The translations under genes and the position numbers were made by a program. A DNA stretch of 64,000 nucleotides, taken from Octopus sinensis. Lineage: Eukaryota. The DNA lies in assembly GCF_006345805.1 (NCBI RefSeq), contig NW_021824838.1:1-64000 (forward strand), read 5' to 3'. This document shows, piece by piece, positions 51,787 through 64,000 of this stretch. The notes under the pieces are model-generated. The model ran no database searches. It was not told where the DNA came from and saw only the letters and a list, made by a program, of their open reading frames with translations. Each line of letters starts with the position of its first letter. Position 1 is the first letter of the stretch.

Positions 51787-53144
51787 TAAATACGGACACA
51801 TCCACACACACACACACACAGTGTAGGCAAGTCAAAAGTCAGAGGGAAATCTAGGCCAAGACAAAATATTTTATCAAAAGGCAAATATATTTAAGGAATT
51901 TGTGAGGGAGTATAAGGAATGCGAAGTGAGAACAGTCACCATGTTGGACTATTGTTTTGAATAAATATTATTTGACAGGTAAATGTGTACAAGAGTGTGT
52001 GTGTGTATGTGTGTTTGTGTGTATGTGAGTGTGTGTGATGCTTTTTATTTTTGCAATAAACTTACAGAAAATATATTCAAATCGACTGAGTTTCTTAATT
52101 TTTTTTATTAAACAAAATTGTTTTCTATTTATTTATTTAATTGCTGCCGTCTTTGTCTTCAGTTTCCACAGAAATAATTTCAATCATTTTCCAGAGGAAC
52201 GGTACCATCCAATTTAAGAAGCATCAATGGAGCAGCTTCTTGCAGGCTCGCAAAGTAATCCTAATGAAAATACAAGTTTTTCATCTCTATGATACGACTT
52301 AAAGAGGCGCAATGGTCCAGTGGTTAGGGCAGCGGACTCGCGGTCGTAGGATCGCGGTTTCGATTCCCAGACCGGGCGTTGTGAGTGTTTATTGAGCGAA
52401 AACACCTAAAGCTACACGAGGCTCCGGCAGATGGTGGTGACCCCTGCTGTACTCTTTCACCACAACTTTCTCTCACTCTTACTTCCTGTTTCTGTTGTAC
52501 CTGTATTTCAAAGGGCCGGCCTTGTCACTCTCTGTGTCACGCTGAATATCCCCGAGAACTACGTTAAGGGTACACGTGTCTGTGGAGTGGTCAGCCACTT
52601 ACACGTTAATTTCACGAGTAGGCTGTTCCGTTGATCGGATCAACCGGAACCCTCGTCGTCGTAACCGACGGAATGCTTCCACGACTTAAAAAAAAAGAGT
52701 TCTAATTTAGGGTTTCTTGGCGAGAAGTGAGGTGTCAGTGACGTAAAATCTCTTATGATAACGATGATGATGATGGTGGTAATAATGATGGTCACTCCTT
52801 TTCGTCGATTTCGTTCGAAAGGAAGGATTAAAAACGGAAACTGCATCTATTTGCAATGGATGTGCCGATGTAATTAGAGTCCAGGTATGGGTTTTGCAAT
52901 GAAGTCACTACGAGTAGAATGTTGATTTTGATTTTACCTGGGATTGGACAAAAGTGACTTTCGATTGCAGAATAAGATTCAACTCAAATTGTTTTGATGC
53001 ATCATGAGACATTTTGCCCCACTTAGATCGATACCGGCAATACAGACGGGTAGTCATGATGGGTATACTGGGCTTCGTATATTTTACCCCAGTGTCACTT
53101 TGATGGCATGCACTGCTCTCTCACTCAATAATAATAATAATAAC

Positions 53145-53451
53145 TGGAAGCTATGCCAACATTATGGAATAACAACAGAAAAAGATGGTGTAGGCACACC
53201 CTAGAAAAGGTCATAGAAAATGAGAAAGCAACCATACTCTGGGATATGCCAATACACACAGATAGAGAAATTAAGGCTAATAGGCCAGATATAGTTGTCA
53301 GAGATCACCAAGAAAAATAATTATTTCTAATCGATGTATCAATACCAACAGATGACAATGCTTCTCTAAAAGAAACGGGAAAACTTTCAAAATACAAAGA
53401 TCCGGAAATAGAGGTAACTCGAATGTAGAGACTAAAAACAGAAACAACTCC
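53145..53451 (+). pseudogene. R4/Dong-like non-LTR retrotransposon fragment (restriction-like endonuclease domain)
   Basis: WKLCQHYG / ILWDMPIHTDREIKANRPDIVV...LIDVSIP.D.....E..KLSKYKD, with a frameshift and stops. Confidence 0.8.
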
Positions 53452-54289
53452 TTTAGTCGCCCTTTACGATACACAGAGGAAATATTGGGTCTATTATTCG
53501 GCGTGCTGGCTCCCACACAGCACTAGAACAATGTGGAATTATGTGTTTTGCTCACGAACACGACATCGGGCTCGGGAATCGAACCCATGATCGTGAGTGT
53601 TGTTTAATTTTGATTGACATATGAGATATGAGAAGGTATATAATCTTGATTTTGAGTGACGTTGATTGCATGCATGTTTGACTGTGTTTGTGTCTTCTTG
53701 TATGTAAATATATAAGCGTAGGCGAGTGTAACTAATCGTGTTTGTATCAACCTGTTCAGCAATTTGTATGTGTATATATGTATATGTATGGATGTGTGTG
53801 TGTGTGTGTGATTACGCAGTTGTATATTACATATAACAATTTTCAATGGCTTTGTTTGCAGTCACGTTGGTAGAGAAAAATTAAGACGACAAAAGGACAC
53901 GGATTGAGACGTTAAATGTAAGCGGGTGGAAATGAGAAATTTGAGTGAGTTGAAGTGAGAGGTTCTGCAATAGCTGATCAAAATAAAACTGAAATTTTCG
54001 TCGTTAATTTTGCGAGAAATTTTTTTTTATTTAAAATTCACTTAATTCAAAAGAAAAAAAAAGCAGAAAACAAAATTAAGGATAAAACATGTTACATTCT
54101 GATTTTAATTGATCGGGAGTCAGACACAGATAACGAGCACAGAAAATAGTACTACTAGGCACCGCACTCATCCCACGTAAAACACTTTCAATACAGTAAA
54201 AATAAGAGCACCACAAAAAAAAAAAAAACCACACCACATACCCAAGGCGCTCGGTAGTGAAGTGAAAGCAAGTGGTAAAAATAAGACTG

Positions 54290-54332
<43 letters not shown>

Positions 54333-54348
54333 TAATAATAATAATAAT

Positions 54349-54380
<32 letters not shown>

Positions 54381-54414
54381 GATAATAATAACAATGATAA
54401 TAATAAATAATGAT

Positions 54415-54991
54415 AAAATGCCCTGATGTAGTAAAATGCCCTGATGCAGTACCAGGCAGTGGTTCTCATGGCTGCTGATCTTAACTGATTGGAAGTGTTA
54501 TCAGGTACATTGTTTTGTCTTGGTATAAAAGATGGGCTACAGCAAATATTCTGCTCAATAACACAGATTTGCTTGTCAGTTGTTTGACCTTAACCAGTTG
54601 ACCATGTCCCTTAGTGGCTGATGATATGTGCATCTCTGATCACGAGCAGAAGTAGTGGGGGAGCATCATAGCCATGTGTTGAGAGGGATTCTTTGGGGTT
54701 TGAATAATTCACCTCTGGAAACACGGGTGTTTCGTTCAACATCCTTAAACAACCCTTATTCAGGGACCGTTTGATCAGGATGGGCTACTCAACCAGAAGA
54801 AAATTCTAACTGGGCCCCACCTGCAAGGTCATGTGCTGTTTATCTTTTTATGAGATCGCCATGTCGCGCACATATGGTTGTGATGCATGTGCCTGGTGTA
54901 CCCTTATCAGACGGGTAGTCATGATGGGTATACTGGGCTTCGTATATTTTACCCCAGTGTCACTTTGATGGTATGAACTGCTCTCTCACTC
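54415..54991 (+). mobile_element. Retroelement 3' segment embedded in (TAA)n; its last ~85 bp recur at 53043-53126
   Basis: Both copies end ctctctcactc-AATAATAAT; the long copy has TAA arrays on both sides. Confidence 0.7.
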
Positions 54992-55001
54992 AATAATAAT
55001 G

Positions 55002-55045
<44 letters not shown>

Positions 55046-55066
55046 GATGATAATAATATAATAATA

Positions 55067-55104
<38 letters not shown>

Positions 55105-55297
55105 CAGTTCGTAAATGAGGCAGAGGTTTTTGCGTCTTTAACTTTTCTACCTTTTACTTGATTCAGTTATTAGACCGCGGCCATACTGGAGCACAACGTT
55201 GAAGAATATTTAGTCGAATAAATCTACCCTTGTACATTTTTTAGGTCAGGTACTTATTCTATCGGTCGCTTTGGCTGAACCGCTACATGACGAGGAC

Positions 55298-55353
<56 letters not shown>

Positions 55354-56094
55354 TACTATTACTATTATTATTATTATTATTATTATTGTTGTTGTTGTTG
55401 CTATTATTTTGTTAAATATAAACTGCAAAGACTTTAGGTAAGGCATTTATCTACGGTTTCATCCGTTGCCTAGAATGGATGCGTTACATTCTATCATGGG
55501 CGAAACTTTCGTCAGTTTTGACAACACGGGTATGCTAGAATGTATATAATTACATATATTTTATGTATTTATTTATGAATGTATGTATAAATTAGAATTT
55601 GTTAAGGGTCGCTGTGTATTTGCGTGCATGTGTATGTATGTGTGTGTGTGTGTGCGTGTGTATGTATGTATGTGTGTGTGTGCGTGTGTATGTATGTACG
55701 TGTGTGTGCATATGTATGTATGTGTGTGTGTGTGTGTGTGCCTGTGCGCTTTGCATTTTTGTGTGAATCGACATATTTATGTCTTTATGTCTATATGAAC
55801 CAGGAGACAATTGTGTGTGTGTGTGTATGTGTGTGTTCGTACGCTTGTACATAAAAGTTTTTGAGAGACAGACAAGAAAGGAAAGAGAGAGAGAGAGAGA
55901 AAGAAGGAAAGTAAGAAAGACAGAAAGGGGGCGGGTACAAGAACATAAAACACGTAAACAGATAAAGGCTGATAGGCGAGTGTTCCACATGGCCAATCTT
56001 CACGCTAGCGACATCAGTTTAGCATTTATACCAGTAAATCCCCACAGTCAAAACGTTAGACTCGAAGATAATATATATATTATATGCATGTATA

Positions 56095-56122
56095 AATATG
56101 TATGTATATGTAATGTATGTGC

Positions 56123-56154
<32 letters not shown>

Positions 56155-56810
56155 GCATATATATATGTATATATGCATGCACGCATGTATGTATGTATAC
56201 ATGTATGTATGTATTGCATGCATGTATGCATGTATGTATGTATGTATGTTTGTATGTATGCATGTATGTATGTATGTATGTTTGTATGTATATATGTATG
56301 CACGCATGTATGTATGTATGTATGTATGTATGTATGCATGTATGTATGTGTGTATGTATGTATGTATGTATGTATGTATACATGTATGTATGTATGTATG
56401 TATGTATGTATGTATGTATGTATGCACGCATGTATGTATGTATGTATGTATGTATGTATGTATACATGTATGTATGTATGTATGTATGTATGTATGTATG
56501 TATGCACGCATGTATGTATGTATGTATGTATGTATGTATGTATGTATGTATGTATGTATACATGTATGTATGTATGTATGTATGTATGTATGTATGTATG
56601 TATGTATGTATGTATGCACGCATGTATGTATGTATGTATGTATGTATGTATGTATGTATGTATGTATGTATACATGTATGTATGTATGTATGTATGTATG
56701 TATGTATGTATGCACGCATGTATGTATGTATGTATGTATGTATACATGTATGTATGTATGTATGTATGTATGTATGTATGTATGCACGCATGTATGTATG
56801 TATGTGTGTG
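56095..56810. repeat. (TATG)n microsatellite with periodic variant units
   Basis: Direct reading; tatacatg and gcacgcatg interruptions alternate. Confidence 0.95.
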
Positions 56811-56829
56811 CATAACTATGTATATGCAT

Positions 56830-57560
56830 CTTCATTGCTTACATCAACGACATAGATGTCGTTTCATTCTGCATTGAAAACTCTTTGCAGCTGATTCCAA
56901 ACTCCAGAAAGCCATAGACCTGTTTGCTATTTGTCCAATGGGCGGAAAAAAAAACGAATATGCTTTTCAATGGGAAAGAGGTAACTCTGAAACTCCCATA
57001 TTCTCTTCCCTCGGGCGGGTCCCTAGTGTCATCCAACAACACCAGAGATCTTGGAGTAATTGTTGATAATCTAAGCTGAAGTTCCCACGTAAACAGCAAG
57101 GTTGACTTGACCCGCAAGATGTGCTCCTGGATTCTGAGAACGTTCCGGTCTAGAGATGCCTACACCATCATCTTCCTCTGCTCTACTTTTGCCCGAACCC
57201 ACCTTGAGTACTGTTGCCCATTGTGGTCCCTCCACCTATACGAATCAACTCATTATGAAAGTAGAAGCACTCCAGAGGTCCATAACAAGAAAGACAGACG
57301 GTATGAGAAGCATTGATTATTGGGGTCGACTAAAAAACTCAATCTTCACTCTCTCCAATGCCGCCGGGAGCGCTACATCATCTGTGTGATGTGGAAAATA
57401 TTCCATCAATATTGCACAAATGATGTTGATATCAATTTTAAAATCCAGCCAAGACTTGACCACCGTGCCATCCGCCCACACACAAAAAAAAATTTACCGG
57501 TGAGTGTGTTACATTATAAGGCACAAAAAAAAAAGACTCTCCCCAGACACAACAGAATAT
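56830..57560 (+). pseudogene. CR1/L2-clade LINE ORF2 fragment, frameshifted
   Basis: RDLGVIVD...WILRTFRSR...HLEYCCPLWS...LHSLQCRRERYII..WKI. Confidence 0.85.
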
Positions 57561-57616
57561 GCTTCAACACACGAACTCACATAAAGACCAAATACCAAAT
57601 CGAAATATATATATAT

Positions 57617-57672
<56 letters not shown>

Positions 57673-58454
57673 TGTGTATGCACATACATATGTACGTACG
57701 TACGTACGTACATATATACAGATACATACATACACACACACACATACATATATATATGATTAATATATAGAATTTGGGAAAACAAATTTCCAAATCAATC
57801 AGGTGTAACCCTTCAGTATTATATGCATCTACATATCGTACTTTGGGGTCTTATTTATCGTATATTTATATATTTATCTATAAATATACAAAGTATCTGA
57901 TATATGGCTCAGTGGTTAGAGCGTCGAGCTTACGATCGTGAGGTTGTGAGCTCGAATCCCGGACCGGGCTGCGTGTTGTGTTCTTGAGTAAGACACTTTA
58001 TGTTTCACGTTGCTCTAGTTCACTCAGCTGTAGAAATGAGTTGCGACGTCACAGGTGCCAAGCTGTATCGGGCCTTGCCTTTCCTTGGACAACATCGGTG
58101 ACGTGGAGAGGGGAGACGGTATGCAGGGGCGACTGCTGGTCTTCCATAAAAACCTTGCCCAGACTTGTGCCTCAGAGGTAACTCCTAGGTGCAAACTCAT
58201 ATCATATATATATTCTACTAAATCCTTTTAAAATGTTGGGCCCGAAGGCCGCGGCCATGCTGGGGCACCACCGCTGTTAACGGATTAAGTCGATTACATC
58301 GACCCCAGTGCGTAACTGGTACTTAATTTATCGACCCGAATGATGAAAGGCAAAGTCGACCTCGGCGGAATTTGAACTCAGGATACGTAACGGCAGACGA
58401 AATACCGTAAGCATTTCACCCGGCGTGCTAACGTTTCTACCAGCTCGCCGCCTT

Positions 58455-58496
<42 letters not shown>

Positions 58497-58720
58497 TATA
58501 TATAAATTATATATATATAAGTTATGTATATATATATATATAAACTTTATGGAAATGGATGCGTGGCGTTCAATTAAATAATAATATAAATAATATGTAA
58601 ATGTGTGTGTATATATACAGTTTTCCATTTTTCCATTTTTCTCCCGTTGTTTGCGTATTTAACTCATTTGTCTTCGTACTTCATGTTGTTTACTGTTGGT
58701 GACGTCCTGTACCCATATAT

Positions 58721-58760
<40 letters not shown>

Positions 58761-59160
58761 CATATATATATATATGGAGAGTTTACGAAAGAAAAATACA
58801 AAAGACGAAGACAGGTGGTGTACAAAACAAACAAATGTATTTGTATAACGCTCAGGAATTGAAAAAGTCTTTTATGTTTCGAGCCTACGCTCTTCTACAA
58901 ACAGGAGCACAAAGAAAAAAAAAAAAACAAGGAGAGAAAAAAATGTGTGTAGTGGCTAAGATGGAATGTATATATATTTCAGTGGGGAAACGCACAAGAT
59001 GAAAAAAACAGAAAATTTTGTTTTACTGGATTTAAGAGTATATTAGAGCCATGATAAGAATATTATACAGTTTTGTACAAAATAAGGCTTTGTTGTTTCA
59101 ACATAATTGAGGTAAGGACCGGTTTCGTATTGCTCAGCAGACTGAGAATTGAAAAAGATA

Positions 59161-59663
59161 TCTATATATATAAAACTGTAGTTGTGTGAGTGTCTGTCCC
59201 CTTCGATTTAGATTCCTAACTACTCCCACATTTTGCGGTGCAGTTTAACCAAATTCGGGTATCTTATAGTCGTGATTCATATCGAGCCCGTCTGGCTATT
59301 AGCGTGCGTCTACGATGAGTCTACGATTTTAAAAATAATTTAACATCATTTTTTATTCCATTTTAATGCATAATTTTTCGTGTGTCGAGTTGGCGTCCAT
59401 GGTCACACCTGCACCTGTTTGCTTCTCCCCCTTCTTCCCTCCCTCGTGAAGCTGTGGGGAAGGGAGTGTAAGGAAATCAACGTCGTAAAGCGTTGTCAAG
59501 GAGACCAGCGTTCTTTTAGAACAACGACTTCATGGCTTGAAGACACCAAAACAGAAATGGCTAAGAAAGCCCGAATCGGCATCTATAAGAGAAGTAACTC
59601 TCTAAAAATGCTTATATAGTTATTTCCCTTACAAACCCGAGCAACGCCGGGCGATACTGCTAG
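59161..59663 (+). mobile_element. Complete non-autonomous Helitron-like element
   Basis: A|TCTATATATATAAAA 5' end, subterminal hairpin cccgagcaacgccggg, CTAG|T 3' end, inserted in an AT dinucleotide with no TSD. Confidence 0.8.
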
Positions 59664-59770
59664 TATATTTATAAAATATTTCTGTATTAAAGGTGGAGGT
59701 GGAAGTAGCACAGAAGTAAGTCTAAGACACTTTAATTTAAAAGGGAATTTTATAAAAATGATTTTAAAAT

Positions 59771-59776
59771 TTTATT
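59771..59776 (-). terminator. Candidate polyadenylation signal (AATAAA) of LOX-B
   Basis: tttatt on +, about 500 nt downstream of the LOX-B stop; the AT-rich context makes this weak. Confidence 0.3.
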
Positions 59777-60274
59777 AAAAAAATATTACCGGTTTCAATG
59801 TATCTCATCTAATCAAATATCAGTAAACATTTATAAAAATTAGAAGTAAAAACAGTTTATCTTCTGCCTGGGGGTCCATACATGCATACATACGAGCCGT
59901 CACTAGAACTGTCAGAATACGTAAAACTTCCCAACTTCACATATCTAGAAAGACAGCCCACATGTATGAGTATACACACATAAAACAAACGCATACAGAT
60001 CTGTATGTAGATGCACTGAGTCTAAAAACTTGCGTATAAAAATACAAACATGGATAACTTCTCTGTTGATGCTGCTGAAGATCCAATGAGGGAGCCTTGG
60101 ATCTAAGTTCGAAACCCGCCCTTTCTCCATTGACGAGAAATGTAGAAAAATGTAAATAATAGTAAACCCGCAATCTGTATTTATACATGTGTGTGTCTTT
60201 GTGTATATACAAACGTAGATACATATATACATGAGTGTGTGTGTGTGCATGTGTGTCCGTCCGTGTGTTCTATT

Positions 60275-60389
60275 TTAAATACTAATAGCATTAGGAATGT
60301 TGGCTGGATCAAGAACTTTGTAAGGTCTTTTCAGGGTCTTATTTCTTTTTTTGATTTCGCCACTGATAGTTTTCAGATTTCTCTGGAAT
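60275..60389 (-). CDS. ALOX-like: LOX-B last exon ([37 protein letters not shown])
   Basis: About 83% nt identity to 48733-48847; TAA stop; C-terminal Ile. Confidence 0.93.
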
Positions 60390-61213
60390 CTAAAAAACAC
60401 AGAAAAACAACACAAAATCAGAAAATATAAATTAAAATGTAATATTAGATAAAAAAAACAGAATTAAGGTAGACAAAATTTATTTAGAAACAAATATTAA
60501 AAGTTGTTTGATACGATGCAATCATAGTTTCTAGATTTTTAGAGATGAAGAACATTTGCTGCCATGAGCGCTGTATTATTTGTAGAATGTAAAACATTGT
60601 CCATGAACACTGTCCAAGAAATACCAGTTCCAAGTTTACAAGTCATCCATGGCTTAGCCCCAGAGCCATACGTCCCTTACTAAAATCGAACTCATATTAC
60701 ATTATTTTGCAATACATTTTCCTCAACTTGTCTTGCCTTATTCAACACTATTCCGAAAGAAATCAAAGAATAAAAGGGAAATTTAAAAAAAAAACCCAAA
60801 CCTTTCAAACGGGATATGGAGAAATGCTCCACAAGACACCAGGATATAACTCTGTAAACAATGTTTCTTTAATTGGGCTGACTACGATGGTCTGTAATAT
60901 GTGTGAAATGGCTACTCAAGGTGGTACTAGACATGGCCTGGGCCAATTATGGCTCAACCTAATTTTGAGTGCATGTGTATGTACCCCCCCATATATATAT
61001 ATTATATATATATTTAAAAAAGGAGATGTGGAACACGAGTTGTGATATATAAAAAAAAGGAAATGAAGAAAATGCTGACAAAATAATTTAAGTAAGGAGA
61101 GTGTATTTAATTAGGTGAAAGTTCTTTTTACCGGTTGCGCATTGTTATGCTTATCAAAAAGATATTTTTTTAAGAGAGATAGAGTTCCTTTCTGATAGAT
61201 TTTTTTTTTCTCT

Positions 61214-61283
<70 letters not shown>

Positions 61284-62332
61284 TGTATGATTTAATGTTG
61301 ATACTTACTCTCTGACACATACAAGAGCTTTCGGATCATAGATATATTGTGTTTCAAAATCCCCTAAAGATTTGGTTGTCTTAGCACTCAATAGGTTTGT
61401 GATTGCCATAACATTTAAAGTCGTAGCTTTATCGGGCAGGGCTGCAAGGATATCCTTCTCTGTTCTTGGTGTCTAAGAATTAAAATAATGAGAAAAAGAG
61501 AAGAGAAAAAATATTCTTTTTTATTGATTAAATGATAAATAAACGTCTTAATGTTCTTATATAATTTGACTCACTGGCGTGACTGTGTGGTAAAATGTCT
61601 GCTTCCGAACCACCTTGGGTAAGTGTTTTCTACTATAGCCCTGAGCCGGCCAAAGCCGTGTGAGGCGAGTTGACAGATGGAAGCTGAAAGAAGCCCGTAG
61701 TGTATGTGTGTATACAAACACACACACACACACACACAATCTCAAAAAACACACCACACACACACACAAACACACACACACATGTGTGTGTGTCTGCGTC
61801 TTTGTGTCTGTGTTTATTGCCAATCACCATTTGAAAACTGGTGTTGTTTTGTTTACGTCCTCGTAACTTAGGTGTACTTTATTTTATCGAACCCGAAAGG
61901 ATAAAAAGTAAAGTCGATCTCCGCGGAGTTTGAGCTCGGAACGTAAAGACTGATGTGTCCTCAAGAATAACGACGGGCTTTGACATAATTTCCACCGGCT
62001 TTTCCTGCTACAAAACATTGATATTCCATTTGTGGTCATCTGTAATCTAAAAAACCATTAATATTTTACATCTGGCAGAATGATACGCTTCAACAGTATA
62101 CCAATAATTTAATATCAGAAAAATAATCAAAGAACCACCAATTATCATCAGTCGAAGACTTGGCAAAGGCGAAATTCACATCAGAGGAAGAAATTATGCA
62201 GTTAACAAACCACGGGAACCTTCATTTAGGCAAGTATGGAATAACTGAACAGGGATAAAAACACCCCAAAATCCATGAATGGAAAGGAATTGAAGGTTAT
62301 TGCAAATATGAAAGGCGAACAAAACGTCCCTC

Positions 62333-62384
<52 letters not shown>

Positions 62385-63638
62385 ATACGTATGTATATAT
62401 CCTGTGTAAGGTGGTGAGCTGGTTGAAACGTCGGCACGCCTGACGAAATTTTTATAGCCATTTCGGCTCTCTTTATGTTCTAAAGCCACCGAGGTCGACT
62501 TTGCATTTCACTCTCTTGTGGTCGATAAAATAAGTACCAGTTAAGCTCTGGTGTCGATATAATTGACATCCCCTCCTCCGAAATCGCTGGCCTTGTGCCA
62601 AAATTTGCAACTAATATATATTATATATATATGTACATGTGTGTGTTTGTATCTCAAGTGTATGTACATATATTTTTTAATATTATATTATTATTATTAA
62701 TATAAGGAAATTAATATCCAAACTCATCATAAAGTTTGGATATTCACTCGTGTGAAAGAAATTACATGCCTATAATGCAATGACAAATATATTGGCTAAA
62801 GAAGGTAAGAATTTATAAATCGAGTCAGGGTACATAAGCAACAAATAAAAGAGTCATCACTTATATGTAATGAGCAAATAAGCATTTGTGAGAATGGAAG
62901 ATTCAAAATATTTCCTTTTTTGAAATGAGGGACGAAAATATTCTACTAGGAAAGGCAGGAGGAGAATACTTTACAAGAATTATAATTGCGGAGGTAAACT
63001 GAAGATAATCAATAACGCTACAACAAAAAATGCAAAAAAAAAGTTACTCTATACGTATTATTTTATGTGTGTGTTTGTGAAGCCGAAGACATCGGAAGGC
63101 TTTTTACAAAACACAAATATTTCCTGACACAGAGTTTGTATCATTCTGTCATTTTTAAAGATATTTTTTCATGTAATTAATACTTTTAATGTACGGAAAT
63201 CTTGTAGTCCTTGTTTCATCAGGCGTTGACGATCTTACATGTTAAAGGTTCTCGTTCGACTCTCTCGGCCTTGAACAGAATTCTAGGCCTTAATACAAAT
63301 TTTTGTAACATGCTAGAAGATGAAATGAGTTTTTAATTCTCCGAAAATCTCGTAATTCTTTATTCAAAATTGATAACTTGATCAAATAAAAAAGCGGAGG
63401 CAAATAAAAACTGAGTGAAGTATATTATTGTATTTTACCAAAGAACAATACTTACTTTGTCTTTTAACAACGGAGTCCTTATCATTGATGGATAATTTGC
63501 AGGAAATGCATATTCTTCATACTGAAGGAAGTTGGCGTGTGCATGTGACACACTAGAGATATAGAGGACAGTAGTTATAAACAATTTTAATTGTTCTTTT
63601 GAAGGCATATGACCTCTACCATCCTTCATTGGCAAGCC
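60275..63638 (-). CDS. ALOX-like: Lipoxygenase B (paralog), 3' part only; gene continues beyond the right edge
   Basis: Three minus-strand exons with the same lengths (183, 164, 115 nt), phases and GT-AG sites as LOX-A exons 13-15; open frame to TAA. Confidence 0.92.
61309..61472 (-). CDS. ALOX-like: LOX-B exon equivalent to exon 14 ([22 protein letters not shown]...CVR)
   Basis: Reverse complement aligns to 47814-47977; acceptor ttcttag, donor gtaagt. Confidence 0.93.
63456..63638 (-). CDS. ALOX-like: LOX-B exon equivalent to exon 13 (GLPMKDGRG...[12 protein letters not shown]...KDK)
   Basis: 5 nt differences from 45438-45620; intact splice sites. Confidence 0.93.
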
Positions 63639-64000
63639 CTTTAAAAAAGATAAATTTATTAGAATCGATAGCGAAAAACAATAAAGAGAAAGACACACTC
63701 CATGAATGTCTTTTTACCTGTAATTAATTTCCATCTATAAAAAATGCCTCACTTCGTAAAATGTTTAATGAACTTTGACTTATTTACCTCGGGTTATGTA
63801 ATGCTGATGGTTTCAAATAAGAATAAAATGGTGCTCCTAGTGATTTGCCTACGACTAGAAATTTCAACATCTTTGTAATGAGTAAGAGAAAAAGAATTAA
63901 ATAAATATATTGTATGTATATGGAGTGGAGCGTCGCTCTCAGAAGGCTTCTCATGAAAAAATCGGTTTGTGAACAACTTTTTGAAAATAAAACATCTCGA

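Noticed and set aside
52304-52380. tRNA genes (also 41432, 3327, 57900)
   Set aside because: These are tRNA-derived SINE heads that continue into SINE bodies; no complete cloverleaf.
60275-63638. LOX-B as a pure haplotype or assembly duplicate of LOX-A
   Set aside because: The introns are unrelated and exon 15 is only ~83% identical, too divergent for an allele.

Overview
AT-rich, microsatellite-saturated animal DNA. The SINE repertoire and repeat density look like a coleoid cephalopod (octopus); this is inference, not a database hit. One complete protein-coding gene could be rebuilt by hand: a 15-coding-exon lipoxygenase on + (CDS 20403-48847, 2022 nt, 673 aa). It has an N-terminal PLAT domain, the HQxxxHLxxTH and H-x3-N iron ligands and a C-terminal Ile; all introns are GT-AG and all phases are consistent. 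A second lipoxygenase paralog faces it tail-to-tail on -: its last three exons lie at 63638-63456, 61472-61309 and 60389-60275, and the rest is beyond the right edge. Identity between the paralogs is patchy, as expected from gene conversion. The left ~20 kb has no supported coding exon, but holds near-perfect palindromes carrying hammerhead-ribozyme cores (probable Penelope-like retroelement ends), multimeric SINEs, and candidate promoter and 5'UTR elements. The rest is SINEs (at least 4 families), decayed LINEs (CR1/L2-like, RTE, R4/Dong-like), mariner MITEs, Helitron-like elements and simple repeats. Almost all ORFs in the supplied track are microsatellite artefacts. All alignments, counts and RNA folds were done by eye.
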